DNA of 64,000 nt from Selaginella moellendorffii (lineage: Eukaryota > Plantae > Lycopodiophyta). Location: contig NW_003314372.1 in assembly GCF_000143415.4 (NCBI RefSeq), positions 184,898-248,897 of the forward strand. The letters are read 5' to 3'. The number at the start of each line of letters is the position of its first letter. Position 1 is the stretch's first letter. This document shows, one piece after another, positions 24,278 through 35,394 of the stretch. The notes under the pieces were generated by a model. That model made no database searches, was not told the origin of the DNA, and saw only the letters and a list, made by a program, of their open reading frames with translations. A program made the position numbers and the translations under genes.

Positions 24278-26052
24278 ATGGCTTGCGCGCTCAATGGATC
24301 GCAGCTCCAGCTCCAGGCGCTCTCGAATGACAGGCACTCGAGAATCCGTGGTCTCGATCTATGCCGATCCATGCCGCGCATCGAAATCTCCAGACTCCGG
24401 GTGAGTGAGATTTCGATTTCCCTTTTGCTTCGATCCGACTGGTTCGCTGTCCTTCCAGCAAAACAAGTCACTCAAGATCCAAGCGGGGGTGACTGTGAGC
24501 ACCACCAAGTAAGCTCTCGAATCGATTCGCGTCTAGCTGTGGCGCTCTAAGCAAAAATGCCAGGGATACTGCTGCTCTTGGATCAGACATCGATTGGGAG
24601 AACATTGGCTTTGGAATTCGTTCTACGGACTTCATGTACGTAATGAAGACCGATCGAAGCGGGGAATGGAGGTCGGGAGAACTTCTTCCATTTGGAAACT
24701 TGGAGCTCAGTCCTGCCGCTGGAGTGCTCAACTATGGACAAGTAAACAAACTTTTTTCTTTGTTTCTCTTGTACAATCCCTGTTTGATCCTTTGTTGTTC
24801 TTGCCAGGGCTTGTTTGAAGGCATGAAAGCTTACCGGACACAAGATGGCTCCGCGGTTTTGTTTCGACCAAAAGAAAATGCACTTCGTATGATCTCCGGA
24901 GCAAAACGAATGTGCATGCCGGCACCATCGGTAGGGGATTTCACTGCCGCTGTGAAGAGCACAGTGAAAGCAAACGTTCGTTGGGTATGTGGCCTCGCTC
25001 TAGCGGCTTTTAGCGGTTGTTTTTTTTTTTGTTTTCACAGGTTCCGTGACAGGTACCTCCTCATGGCAAAGGTTCTCTATACATCCGACCTTTGCTCATT
25101 GGATCCGGAGCTATTCTAGGCCTTGCACCAGCTCCGGAGTATAGCTTCATCATCTATGTGTCACCCGTGGGAAATTATTTCAAGGTTACACTGCTTTGAG
25201 TGCGCTGCTCTTATATTGACTACTGCGTGTTTGTTTTTTCTTCCTCGCAGAGTGGCTTAGCTCCTATCTCACTCAAAGTGGAAACGTTTTACCACCGCGC
25301 AGCACCTGGAGGAACTGGTGGCGTCAAGACGATTGGAAACTACGCTCCTGTAAGTTAGTGTTTTCGTGACTGGCGCACTGGGCCCGATCCGCCACTTCTG
25401 CGTTTTTGTTGCTCTAAGCTGACTTTTGTGTCGTGAAGGTTTTAAAGACACAACTCGATGCCAAGGACCAAGGCTTCTCGGATGTTTTGTATCTAGATGC
25501 TGCCGAGAACAAGTATGTCGAGGAGGTTTCGTCTTGCAACATTTTTACCGTGAAGGTAAGGTTGATTCACATCTTTGCTTGGGTAAGAAATATACTCTCG
25601 TATGCACAGGGTAACACGATCTCCACTCCTGAAACGCTGGGCACGATACTCCCTGGGATTACCAGGAAGAGCATAATAGAACTTGCTCGAGACATGGGCT
25701 ATAAGGTAGAAAACTTCTCTCAGCTTTATATATATATAACTCGAGAGACTGTCACTCGATCTCAGGTGAAGGAGACGGCCGTGACAGTGGAGGAATTGCT
25801 TGACGCAGACGAGGTGTTTTGCACGGGGACTGCCGTGGTTGTCAATCCGGTTGGATCGATCACATACGGTGATAGAAGGTGCGAGTGAGATTTTCTAATC
25901 TAGAGCAGTGACTAAAATTCGAGGTTTTGCAATTCAGGGTAACTTACAGTGATGGCGGCGTGGGAAAAGTGTCAAGAGCGCTAAGCACGTCCCTGACCGA
26001 CATCCAGATGGGTAGAAGCGAAGATAAGTTTGGCTGGGTAGAACAACTGTGA
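24278..26052 (+). CDS. BCAT: Branched-chain amino acid aminotransferase, probably plastidial
   Basis: [57 protein letters not shown] (PLP Lys), [26 protein letters not shown]. Confidence 0.96.
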
Positions 26053-26151
26053 AAGAAACACGGATAAATTCAAAGGTCCTCTCTTTCCTTTAATGCACTC
26101 TAGGGTTTAGGGTTCTTGGGCAGGTTTTGGATGGTTAGGGCTTGGGCGGCT

Positions 26152-27807
26152 ATGTGGATGATCAGGCTCCAAAGGCTTGCATCTGCGAGGGAGTTCCAGG
26201 CGCGATCGAGGCTCTGCGCGGCTAGATCGCATTCTTCTACCACATTTTCGACAGAAGAGGCAATCGGCGCCAAGGCCGCCAGTGGCAGCAGCGCGCCGCC
26301 CGAGGAAATCGCCCAGGAAGTCGCCAAAGCGACAGCAAGCTCAGGCAAGCAGGATGGATCTTTTTCCGAGGTGGAAGAGATGGTCGCGGAGGTGGGTTCT
26401 AAAGCGTCCTGGAGAGGGATCAAAGCGCTCTTTGGTCTTACAGCTACAGCTGCTATTGCCGGGGTTTCTTACGTGACCTATGGTAAGAGAGAAGAAATGT
26501 ATGTCTTTTGCTTTCTCAGTTCGTTCCTTTCCAGCTTACTCGTACGAGGATATTGAAAGGGTAGTGAAGCCTTTGCGTCAACAAAAACCTTTGATTACTC
26601 AAGACAAGCCAATTCTTGAGGTAAGAAGAGATTTATTTCCTCCCTATCAATCTGTGATAGTAACTCCTGTGTCTAACTTGGCAGAGAATACAAGATCTTG
26701 TTTACTGCACGTCTTGCGAGGGTATTCTTTCATTTTTGTAAGAATAGGTGTGCTGATCACGTAGTATATCGTTTTCTTAGTCGCCTTGGCAGCAACTGAC
26801 GCGTATTTGGATTTGAGGAGGTCCGTGGAAGAGCAAGTTAAGGCATGTTATCTGTTACCACGGCTCGGTTCTGGCGATTTAACTTGGTTTTCGTCTTTTG
26901 CAGGGTTTTGCGGCTCCGTCGTCTGATAAGTTGCTACCCGATTTGATTCCTCAGGAGCAGCATGTCTACACAATTGTCCTTGATCTAAATGAGACGCTGG
27001 TGTTTTCGGAGTGGAAGGTAGTGGCTTTTCAGCAACCCCGTCCTCGTTTTAAATGTGATGTTACAGAGAGAGAGGGGCTGGGGTACTTTCAAACGCCCTG
27101 GAGTTGAAGCTTTTCTCGAAAAGCTAGCACACTACTATGAGATAGTTGTGTATTCTGATCAGCTAAGCTTTGTAAGTTGTTCACCCGGTGGCTTTGCTTT
27201 GCTCACGGCTCTTTGTTTTCTCAGTACGTGGATCCCATTTTGGAGAGGCTTGATCAGAAGGGTTGCATCCGCTATCGGCTAGCACGGGATGCCACGAACT
27301 ATCTCGATGGGAAGCACTTTCGAGTGAGTATAACTTTGGTATGGTAGTGGACTTAAAGGTTGGTGTTTTTCCTGCCAGGACTTGTCCAAACTAAACAGGG
27401 ATCCGAAGAAAATCATGTACATCAGCGGCCATGCTTTGGACACTTGTCTCCAACCCGAGAACGCAGTTCCTATCAAGCCCTGGAAACTGGAAAGCGACGA
27501 CACTGCTCTTCTCGACCTCCTTCCCTTTCTCGAATGTAAGCCTCATTCATTCCTTTGTCATATCTTTCGCATTCTAATCACGGATCGTATCGTATAGTTG
27601 TGGCGAGACAACGCCCCCCTGATGTGCGTACTGTTCTCGAATCATACAAGGGACGTGACATCGCGACCGAGTTCCGCGAGAGAGCAAAGCAAAACCAGAG
27701 GTTTGAGAGCTGGATTTCCATTTAGTAAATCTTGACAACCTCTCGTTCGTTCCAGGCGAGTACAGGAAAGGAAGCAAGGCCAGGGGAAGTTCTGGCGTGG
27801 GTTGTGA
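26152..27807 (+). CDS. TIM50: Mitochondrial import inner-membrane translocase subunit TIM50
   Basis: Presequence-like N-terminus and TM segment; SDKLLPDL, VYTIVLDLNETLV, WGTFKRPGVEAFLE, DLSKLNRDP, LQPENAVPIKPWK. Start could be 26131. GC-AG intron 26843-26903. Confidence 0.93.
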
Positions 27808-28191
27808 GAAGAGCAAAGGAGACTAGCCTACTTATAGAACGAACTTAAGCATCAAATCAAGATCAAGAGCGAGCGCAAAAAATTTTCTTTCAGTTTTTAC
27901 TTTTAGCCTGTACAGTTTTGCGCAACGGGAAAAAACATTTTTACATTTGCCATTAATGTTATGGTTGATTCCAAACAAACGGGATAAGTTTTGAATATTC
28001 TTGTTGGATACACCGACAACGAGTCGCAACGAGTCCGCAGCTTTTTGCCGAGTGTGATGAGCTGGTTACTCTATAAGTTTGGCACTTGGAAGAAATCCAG
28101 GAGGGAAGGAAGAGGGCTTTCTTTATAGCAAGGTAAAGTACCCGCTCGCGGGAGGAGGAAGCTCTCTCCCTCTCTCTCTCCTCCAAGATCG

Positions 28192-30616
28192 ATGGACACC
28201 ACGGCGTTCATCACATCGCTGGTCACCTCGCTGCTAATCTTCCTCTTTCTGTCGCTCCTCTACGTCTTGCTCGCGCGGCGGCCCAAGAATTACCCAGTCT
28301 ACTACCCCGCCGTGCTCATCCGCGAGGAGGAAGGCAAGGGAAATCCCGAGGTTGCGCGCCTGCGCACGCCCTTCCAATGGCTGAGCGAGGCCTGGCGAGT
28401 CACCGAGTCGGAGATTGTGAGCTTCGCGGGCCTGGACGCTGCCATCTACATTCACCTCCTGGATGCCGGTAAGAGCGTTTGCGCAAGAATTTCCTTCCGA
28501 GGCAAATCCATCGATCCATGGCTGTGCAGCGCTCAAGATCCTGAGCATAGCGGCGCTGTTTTGCCTCCCCGTGCTCGTCACGGTGGCAGCACTGAGTGAC
28601 GACTACGCGAGAAAAGCGAGGCCAAGCACCGGCGGCTCCACCACCGCCACGAACTCCACCGATGCTACATTCTCTGGCCTGGACAAGCTGGCCATGGGAA
28701 ACATACCGGTGAGTGGAAATCAATCGTCTCGTCTCAATCGTCTTGGCTGATGCATTGGCGGCGCAGGAGCGGAACTCCAAGATCTGGCTCTTCGCCATCG
28801 GCGCTTACTGGCTCTCGGCGGCGGTCTACATCGTGCTGTGGACAAAGTACCGCCGAATCTCCAAGCTCCGCAAGTCCGTGCTATCCTCGGGCGCCAGGCC
28901 CGAGCAATTCGCGGCGCTGGTGCGCGACATTCCCCGCTCCCACCGCGACACCGCCCAGATCGACGCCTTCTTCCGCCGCATCCACCCCGACTCCTACGAG
29001 CGATGCATCCCGGTGGGCGATCTCGGCGGCGCGTCCAAGACGTGGAAGGCGATGGAATCCACCAAGGCGAAGCTGGATCGCGCGCAGGCCGGGGTGACGA
29101 GCAGCAATCGCCCGCATCACAAGACTGGGACGCTCGGATTGCTCGGTCCCAGCGTCGACTCCGTGGATTTCTACAAGGAGAAGCTCCGGGAGGCGAGCGA
29201 GCGGCACAAGAGCAGTAAAACCGCGGCGGCGGCGGCGCCGCCGGGGAGAGCGGCGATCCTGGTTTTCAACAATCCGGCGGCGGCGGCGGCTTGCGGGCAG
29301 TGCGTCTACTCGGCCTCGTCGGCGGGGCGATGGGTGACGAGCCCGGCGCCGGAGCCACGCCAGATGATCTGGGGGAATGTAAAGATCCCCTGGTACCAGC
29401 GTTACATCCGGCAAGCGATCGTCTACACGCTGGTGGCGCTCACCATCCTCTTCTTCATGATACCCATTGGTTTCGTGTCCGCCTTCTCGACGCTGGACAA
29501 GCTCGAGAAGCTAGTGCCGTTTGTGAAGAACATCGAGAAGATCAAGGTGTTGAGCACCGTGCTCCAGGCCTACTTGCCGCAGCTGGCGCTCATCGTGTTC
29601 TTGGCCCTCTTGCCGACGCTGCTGCTCTTCCTGTCGCGGATGGAGGGGATTGTGTCGCAGAGCCATGTCGAGCGCGCCGCCGCCGGGAAGTACTTCTACT
29701 TCAACGTCTTCAACGTGTTCTTGGGCATCACCATCACCAGCTCGCTGTTTGACACGGTCAAGAAGATCCAGAAGGAGCCCAACTCGACCGTGTCACTGCT
29801 GGGCGCGGCCATTCCACCTGCGGCATCCTTCTTCATCACCTTCATCGCCCTCAGGTAAGTGTCAGTAGCGCAAGAGTTCTTCCTGGAAACTTAGCTAGTT
29901 TTCTTCATTCTTGCACAGGTTCTTCGTTGGCTATGGCTTGCAGCTCTCGAGGCTGGTGCCGCTGATCATCTTTCGCATCAAGAAGAAGTATCTCTGCAAG
30001 ACGAAAGAGGATATCAGAGCTGCATGGGCACCCAAAGATTTTAGCTATGCCACCAGAGTTCCCGGAGACATGCTCATACTCACCATTGCACTCTGCTATG
30101 CTGTGATCGCACCCATGGTTCTTCCTTTTGCGCTTGTCTACTTTGCCTTTGCGTGGATCATCGCTCGGCACGAGGTTGGAGCTCTCTTCCCTTTGCTGTT
30201 TCTTCCAACTTTTGTGCTAAGATCTCTTTCTCCAGGCGTTGAAGGTGGTGGTGCCGGCTTATGAGAGCTACGGTCGAATGTGGCCTCACATCCACACTAG
30301 AATTATTGCAGCTCTTCTCGTCTCGCAGCTTGCAATGCTCGGCTACTTCTCCATCAAGAAGTTTGTGTTCAGTCCCATCTTGGTGCCGCTGCCCATCGCC
30401 ACACTGCTCTTCGCCCTCATCACCAACAAGATCTACTATCCCACCTTCAAGAATCCACCGCTGGAGGTGACCGGTCTCACCAAGGAGCACATCCCCACCG
30501 TCTCGAGCATCGTCACTGCCTACACACCGAGTTATCTCGACGAAGAGCACGAGCGGGACAAATTTGAAGACGCTCGATCTGCGGTGACGTCGGCGGGGAT
30601 CACAGCGCCTGTTTGA
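28192..30616 (+). CDS. ERD4: CSC1/OSCA family channel, ERD4 (OSCA3)-like
   Basis: MDTTAFITSL...NYPVYYP, GLDAAIY, LDKLAMGNI, RPEQFAALVRDIP, APEPRQMIWGN, KYFYFNVFNVF, SYATRVPGDML, YESYGRMWPHIH. Confidence 0.95.
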
Positions 30617-30698
30617 TCGATGATCGATGGATTCCTGCCTGTGCCTACTTACTTGTTTTGTGTAAATTTGTGTTATTGTGTATGATAAGCTCCGCCTT

Positions 30699-31576
30699 TC
30701 AGCCAGTGTGCTCGGGCTTGACTCTTGCATCTCCGTTGGACAGTCCGGGGATTGGCTGCGCAGCACTTCTTCGAGATTCCTGCGCACTCGTGCGTGTAAG
30801 TAGAACTAAAAGAATTGTTTTTTTTTTTTTTGCTAAGTTTGAGACTGACTGACCAGAGCCGATGCTGTACGTAACATTCGGTATGTTTCAGTCTCCTCGG
30901 GGAAGGCCTCCTCCACCTCCTCCAGTATGTGCTTTCGAAGTGCCTGCAAAGAGATTTGAGACAAGAGCAAAGAGAGGTCCCAGGAAGAACTCGCCTTGAA
31001 GGCGTCGACTTTGCCTTTGGTTGCCTGGTTTCGCTGAATGCAATGGTTAAGAAGATCCTTGGTGAATTCGTCGGGATTCTTGCCTTCGTCAATGAATCTG
31101 GCAAAACAGGTTGCTCAATCGGATCGCTGGGATGGATCGATTACCTTATCACCTCCACGGGGATCTCAAGGTTGCACTGGTTGGAGGAGGATTGCATCAA
31201 GTTGAGATCCTTGACAAGCTCATTCCTGGTTCCATGTAAAACATTAAATCAAACGTGTGAGAGAGACTCCAGCTCCAACGCTGAGGAGAGGGAGAAGGAT
31301 TGATTTTGAGGGAGATTCCAGCTCTAGCTCTAACGCTGAGAAGGAGATGGAGAAGGATTGATTTTGAGAGAGATTCCAGCTCTAACGCTCACAAGAAGGG
31401 GGAAAGATTGTTTTTGAGCTCCAGGGAGGAATTCTTGCTTACAGGCGCTCCAGGACGAGCAGCTGCGATGGAAGCGTGAAAGAGGAGACGGAGCAGTGGA
31501 GCTGATGAAGTGTGGCGAGCGCGCTGTGCAAGCTCTCCTCCATCCCCGCCAGCGCCATTTTGCTGTTACTCTCCAT
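30699..31576 (-). CDS. MED10: Mediator subunit 10, 5 exons
   Basis: Joined exons: ...LATLHQLHCSVSSF..SQLLVLERL/NELV...IPVEVIR/FIDEGKNPDEFTKD...NQATKGKVDAFK/ALRKHILEEVEEAFPEE..YR.../ESRR...LSNGDARVKPEHTG*. GC-AG intron 30994-30944. Confidence 0.92.
31261..31416 (+). repeat. About 50-bp tandem repeat (3 degenerate copies) in MED10 intron 1
   Basis: Unit gagagattccagctctaacgctgagaaggagatggagaaggattgatttt. Confidence 0.8.
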
Positions 31577-31632
31577 CGCCTAGGGTTAGGGCTTTGAGCG
31601 GGCTTTGAGCCGGCTTTGAGCGCGCTTGGGCT
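31577..31632. promoter_or_regulatory. 56-bp bidirectional spacer between MED10 and MRD1, with telo-box and repeated GGCTTTGAGC
   Basis: ctagggttaggg and three ggctttgagc units between divergent ATGs at 31576 and 31633. Confidence 0.6.
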
Positions 31633-34561
31633 ATGGGGTCGTCGTCGCGCGTGTGCGTCAAGAATCTGCCCGCCTATGTCACCGATGACAAGCTCAAGGA
31701 GCATTTCGGCGCCAAGGGACAGGTGACCGATGCCAAGGTGATGCGAACCAGGTGAGAGAGAGCTTGCTTTTCATCCATGGATGGAGACGAGATTGCGACA
31801 TTGATTCCTTGCTCCACTCGCGCAGAGAGGGCAAGTCTCGGAGGTTTGGATTCGTGGGATTCTACAGCCAGGAGGAAGCCGAATCGGCTGTCGCCTACTT
31901 CAACAGGTCATTCCTCGACACCTCCCGCCTGGTTTGCGAGGTAGATCATCATAGAATTTTTGTTCTCGCAATCTCGCAGTCTCGGAGCATCTAGATTTTT
32001 CTTTCTCGCAACCTCGACGCTACTCACATTCTCGTGATATTGTCAGGTGGCACGCTCCGTTGGAGACGCAGCTGTGCGGCCATGGAGCCGTCACTCTAAA
32101 GGAAGCTCTGCGTACGAGAAGACGCATGCTCCAGAGGAGAAGGCCCAGCTCAAGCCGAAGAAAACCGTCTCGGTGGACCGCGATCAAGAGCAAGATCCTG
32201 GGCTTGACGAGTTTCTCAGCGTGATGCAACCGCGTACAAAGACGAAGGTCTGGGCGAACGACGACGCTAAACTTACAACTCAACACCCAAGCAGCAAGGC
32301 GAGCGACGATACGGGACCAGTCTCCGACTTGCACTACCTCAAGAGCAAGGTCCGGCAGCAGTGGAGTGACGATAGTGACGACGAGAAGGAAACGGAAGGA
32401 GAAGCCAAGCCGCAACAGCAAGCTGATACTGGCGATCGTCCCGGGAATGAAGAAGCTGCTCAGGATGTAGCGGAGACAGATACTGGGAGGCTTTTCGTGC
32501 GGAACCTTGCGTACACCACGAGGTAAGTTCTTTAAAGGACGTAAATGTGGAGCCTCATTCTCGTGTTTTTCTTTTTACAAGTGAAGAGGAACTGGTTTCC
32601 TTGTTCGGCCAGTACGGGGAAGTTGTCCAAGTTCATGTGATTTGTGACAAGGAGACGAACCGCTCGAAAGGCTACGGGTATGTTGGCTTCATGCTACCGG
32701 AAGAAGCAACGAGGTATTTTCTCAGGTGCTGAATTCTTTGAAGGGTTAACTTCTCGTCTTTATCCAGGGCGATGACGGAGCTCGACAATTCTATCTTTCA
32801 AGGAAGACTTCTGCATGTTCTACCTGCGAAGCAGCAAACTTCACAAGTCAAACACAAACTGTGAGTTCTTCCGTTTCATGTCTATGCTTGACTTCTCATC
32901 TCCGGGATTCTAGAGATCGCCCCATGAACCTGAAACAAGAGAGGGAGGTGGAGCGCAAGAAAAAGGAGTCGAGCGGCAATACGCAAGCATGGAATCCTCT
33001 GTACATGCGGCCAGATACGGTGTGTAAAGTTGACTTGCCACTTCTTACAATTTGCTCTGACGCAGGTGGCAGAAAACGTGGCCAGGCAATATGGGATCTC
33101 CAGACGTGAATTTCTGGATCCAGAAGCCGAGGACGTTGCAGTACGTCTTGCTCTGGGAGAAACGCACGTCCTTTCGGAGACGAAGCGGTCATTAGCTCAG
33201 CAAGGCGTAAATGTGGAACTGTTGGAGAAGATCAGCGCTAGTAAAACCTCTGGAGTAACTAGAAGCTCTCGCGTCATCCTCGTCAAGAATCTTCCCTTCA
33301 GCACAACGGAAGCGGACCTCTTCGGCGTGTTTTGCCCTTATGGAAGTCTTGGACGGCTCGTGCTTCCACCGACGAAAACCGTTGCTATCGTATGTGAGTT
33401 TTCTTCGTCTTGGTGCCTCCCTCCTGATCGGTTTATCTGTTCGCTTGATACAAGGTGGAGTTTCTGGAGTCCTCTGAGGCACGCAAAGCCTTCGAATCTC
33501 TAGCATACCGGAAATTCAAGTAAAGTCGTAACGGCTGGCTGAGTAAACGGTCTAATCTCGGATAAATATACTCTTGCAGGCACGTCCCATTGTATCTGGA
33601 ATGGGCACCACAAGATCTTCTTTCCGAAAAGAAAGATGGTGGCGTTGTACCCGCAAAGCTTGAGGGAACTTCGATAAAGGACCAGCTTGTAGCAAATGAC
33701 GAAGGGGCCGCTTCAACGAGGGTACGCTACTAGACTCTTTTGTATGAAGCTCATCGAAATTCGGCCTTGGCAGTCAAGCACTGTATTTGTGAAGAATTTG
33801 AACTTCAAGACCACTGACGCGAGCCTAAGGAAGCACTTCGAAGGCCGAGTAAAAGCCGGTTCCTTGCGGACAGCAACGGTGCGTGTTTGGTTTTCCTTCT
33901 CCCCGGGAGAGACTGTTGCTAAAATGGTTTGTGGAACTTGCAGGTGAAAAGAAAGCCATCCAAAACTGGAGCATCCTTGTCAATGGGTTTTGGCTTCGTG
34001 GAGTTCGACTCGACTGACACGGCCGAGCGCGTCTGCAAGGAAATGCAGGTGAGAGAGAGGTTTTGCTGTCACACCGGGGATAATCGATCGTCCGAGTGCA
34101 GGGGTCTGTTCTTGACGGTCATGCTCTCGTTTTGCAACCAAGTCGTGCTGGCGACGACGAGAAACCAAGCAAAGTCGATGCAAGAGGAAGCTCTTCCAAG
34201 CTCATCGTGCGGAACGTGGCATTCGAGGCAACCCGGAAAGACTTGAAGCTGCTCTTCTCTCCTTTCGGACAGGTACGAAGTTTAGCGAGTTTGGAAAAAC
34301 GATTCGAGCCTTTCGCTCCAGGTGAAGAAGGTGAAGCTGCCCAAGAAGTTCGATGGCAACCATCGCGGCTTTGCGTTTGTGGAGTTTGTGACAAAGCAAG
34401 AGGCCCAGAACGCGTTTGAGGCGCTTGGGAGCAGCCATTTGTATGGGCGGCATTTGGTTCTCGAGTGGGCGCGCGAAGGAGAGACGCTCGACGAGTTGAG
34501 GATCAAGGCAGCATCACAAGTGGCGCCCTCCAAGCCCAACAAGAGAAGAAAGCTATCCTAA
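31633..34561 (+). CDS. MRD1: Multiple-RRM ribosome biogenesis protein MRD1/RBM19
   Basis: SRVCVKNLP...[80 protein letters not shown]. Confidence 0.95.
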
Positions 34562-34604
34562 AGAGTCGTGACCTAGGTAGAGTAGAATACAGCAAGAGAG
34601 AGAG

Positions 34605-35368
34605 ATGGCTTCGTCGTCTTCGTCATCGCCGCCAGGGACAGCGGCGACGGTGGTGGTGGTGGCGGCGGGAGGAGCGGCGGATCCAGCAGTGGAACACCAT
34701 CAGCCAGCACCATCACGGCGCCGCCTGGTCAAAGCTTCCTCGTACAGTAATTCTCTCTCTCCCTCTCCGGCTTTCTCATGGTCTTCCTTTCTCAGGCTGA
34801 ATAGCGCCAAGCGCGAGCGCGAGGCGGCGTCCGCTACACCCCCTCTCCCTCTCAAGAGAAGCAACAGCAAAGGTAATCTCATCGCCATTGCGCTAGAGTT
34901 TCTCTCGGATCAAACCACTGTCAACTTTGGATTGTTTCGCAGGAAATGAAGAGCAGCAGCACGCACCAAAGCATGGAAGGTAATGAATCTCTTCGCCTCC
35001 TTTTGCGACTCACACTTTGGCTCCTGTATTGGCAGGCCGCCTCTCAATCCTGCAGCGCCTCAAGACGCGCGGCCTCTTGGACGCCAAGCACAGGCACGTA
35101 AAACTTTCTCGGTGGAAGATGGAAGTATTTATTGTGTGTGGTGATTCAGGGGATGCGACCCGCTGCTCCGGCTCTCGTAAAGCACGGGGACGAGCTGAGG
35201 ATCCAGCAGGCGAAGAGAGCGGCCTTGGTTCGTGCACAGTCGGTTGGAGCCACTGGAAGTTTCAAAAGCTTCGACTCGCCGTTTGGTAACTATCTCCTTC
35301 CAGTCCTTCCTAATCAAGCATTGGCAGCCAAAACTGTGTCCCGAGGTAGTAGCAGCATCGCAAGCTAG
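34605..35368 (+). CDS. Small multi-exon protein of unknown function, largely disordered, with C-terminal FKSFDSPFGNYLLPVLP motif
   Basis: Five exons joined by short introns (one GC-AG, 35094-35149) give a continuous frame ending at TAG 35368. The first donor site is uncertain. Confidence 0.6.
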
Positions 35369-35394
35369 GTGAGCTATGTATGATCAAAGACGAT

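Noticed and set aside
26978-26997. DLNET instead of the DxDET phosphatase motif in the FCP1-like domain
   Set aside because: Expected degenerate motif for TIM50; not novel.
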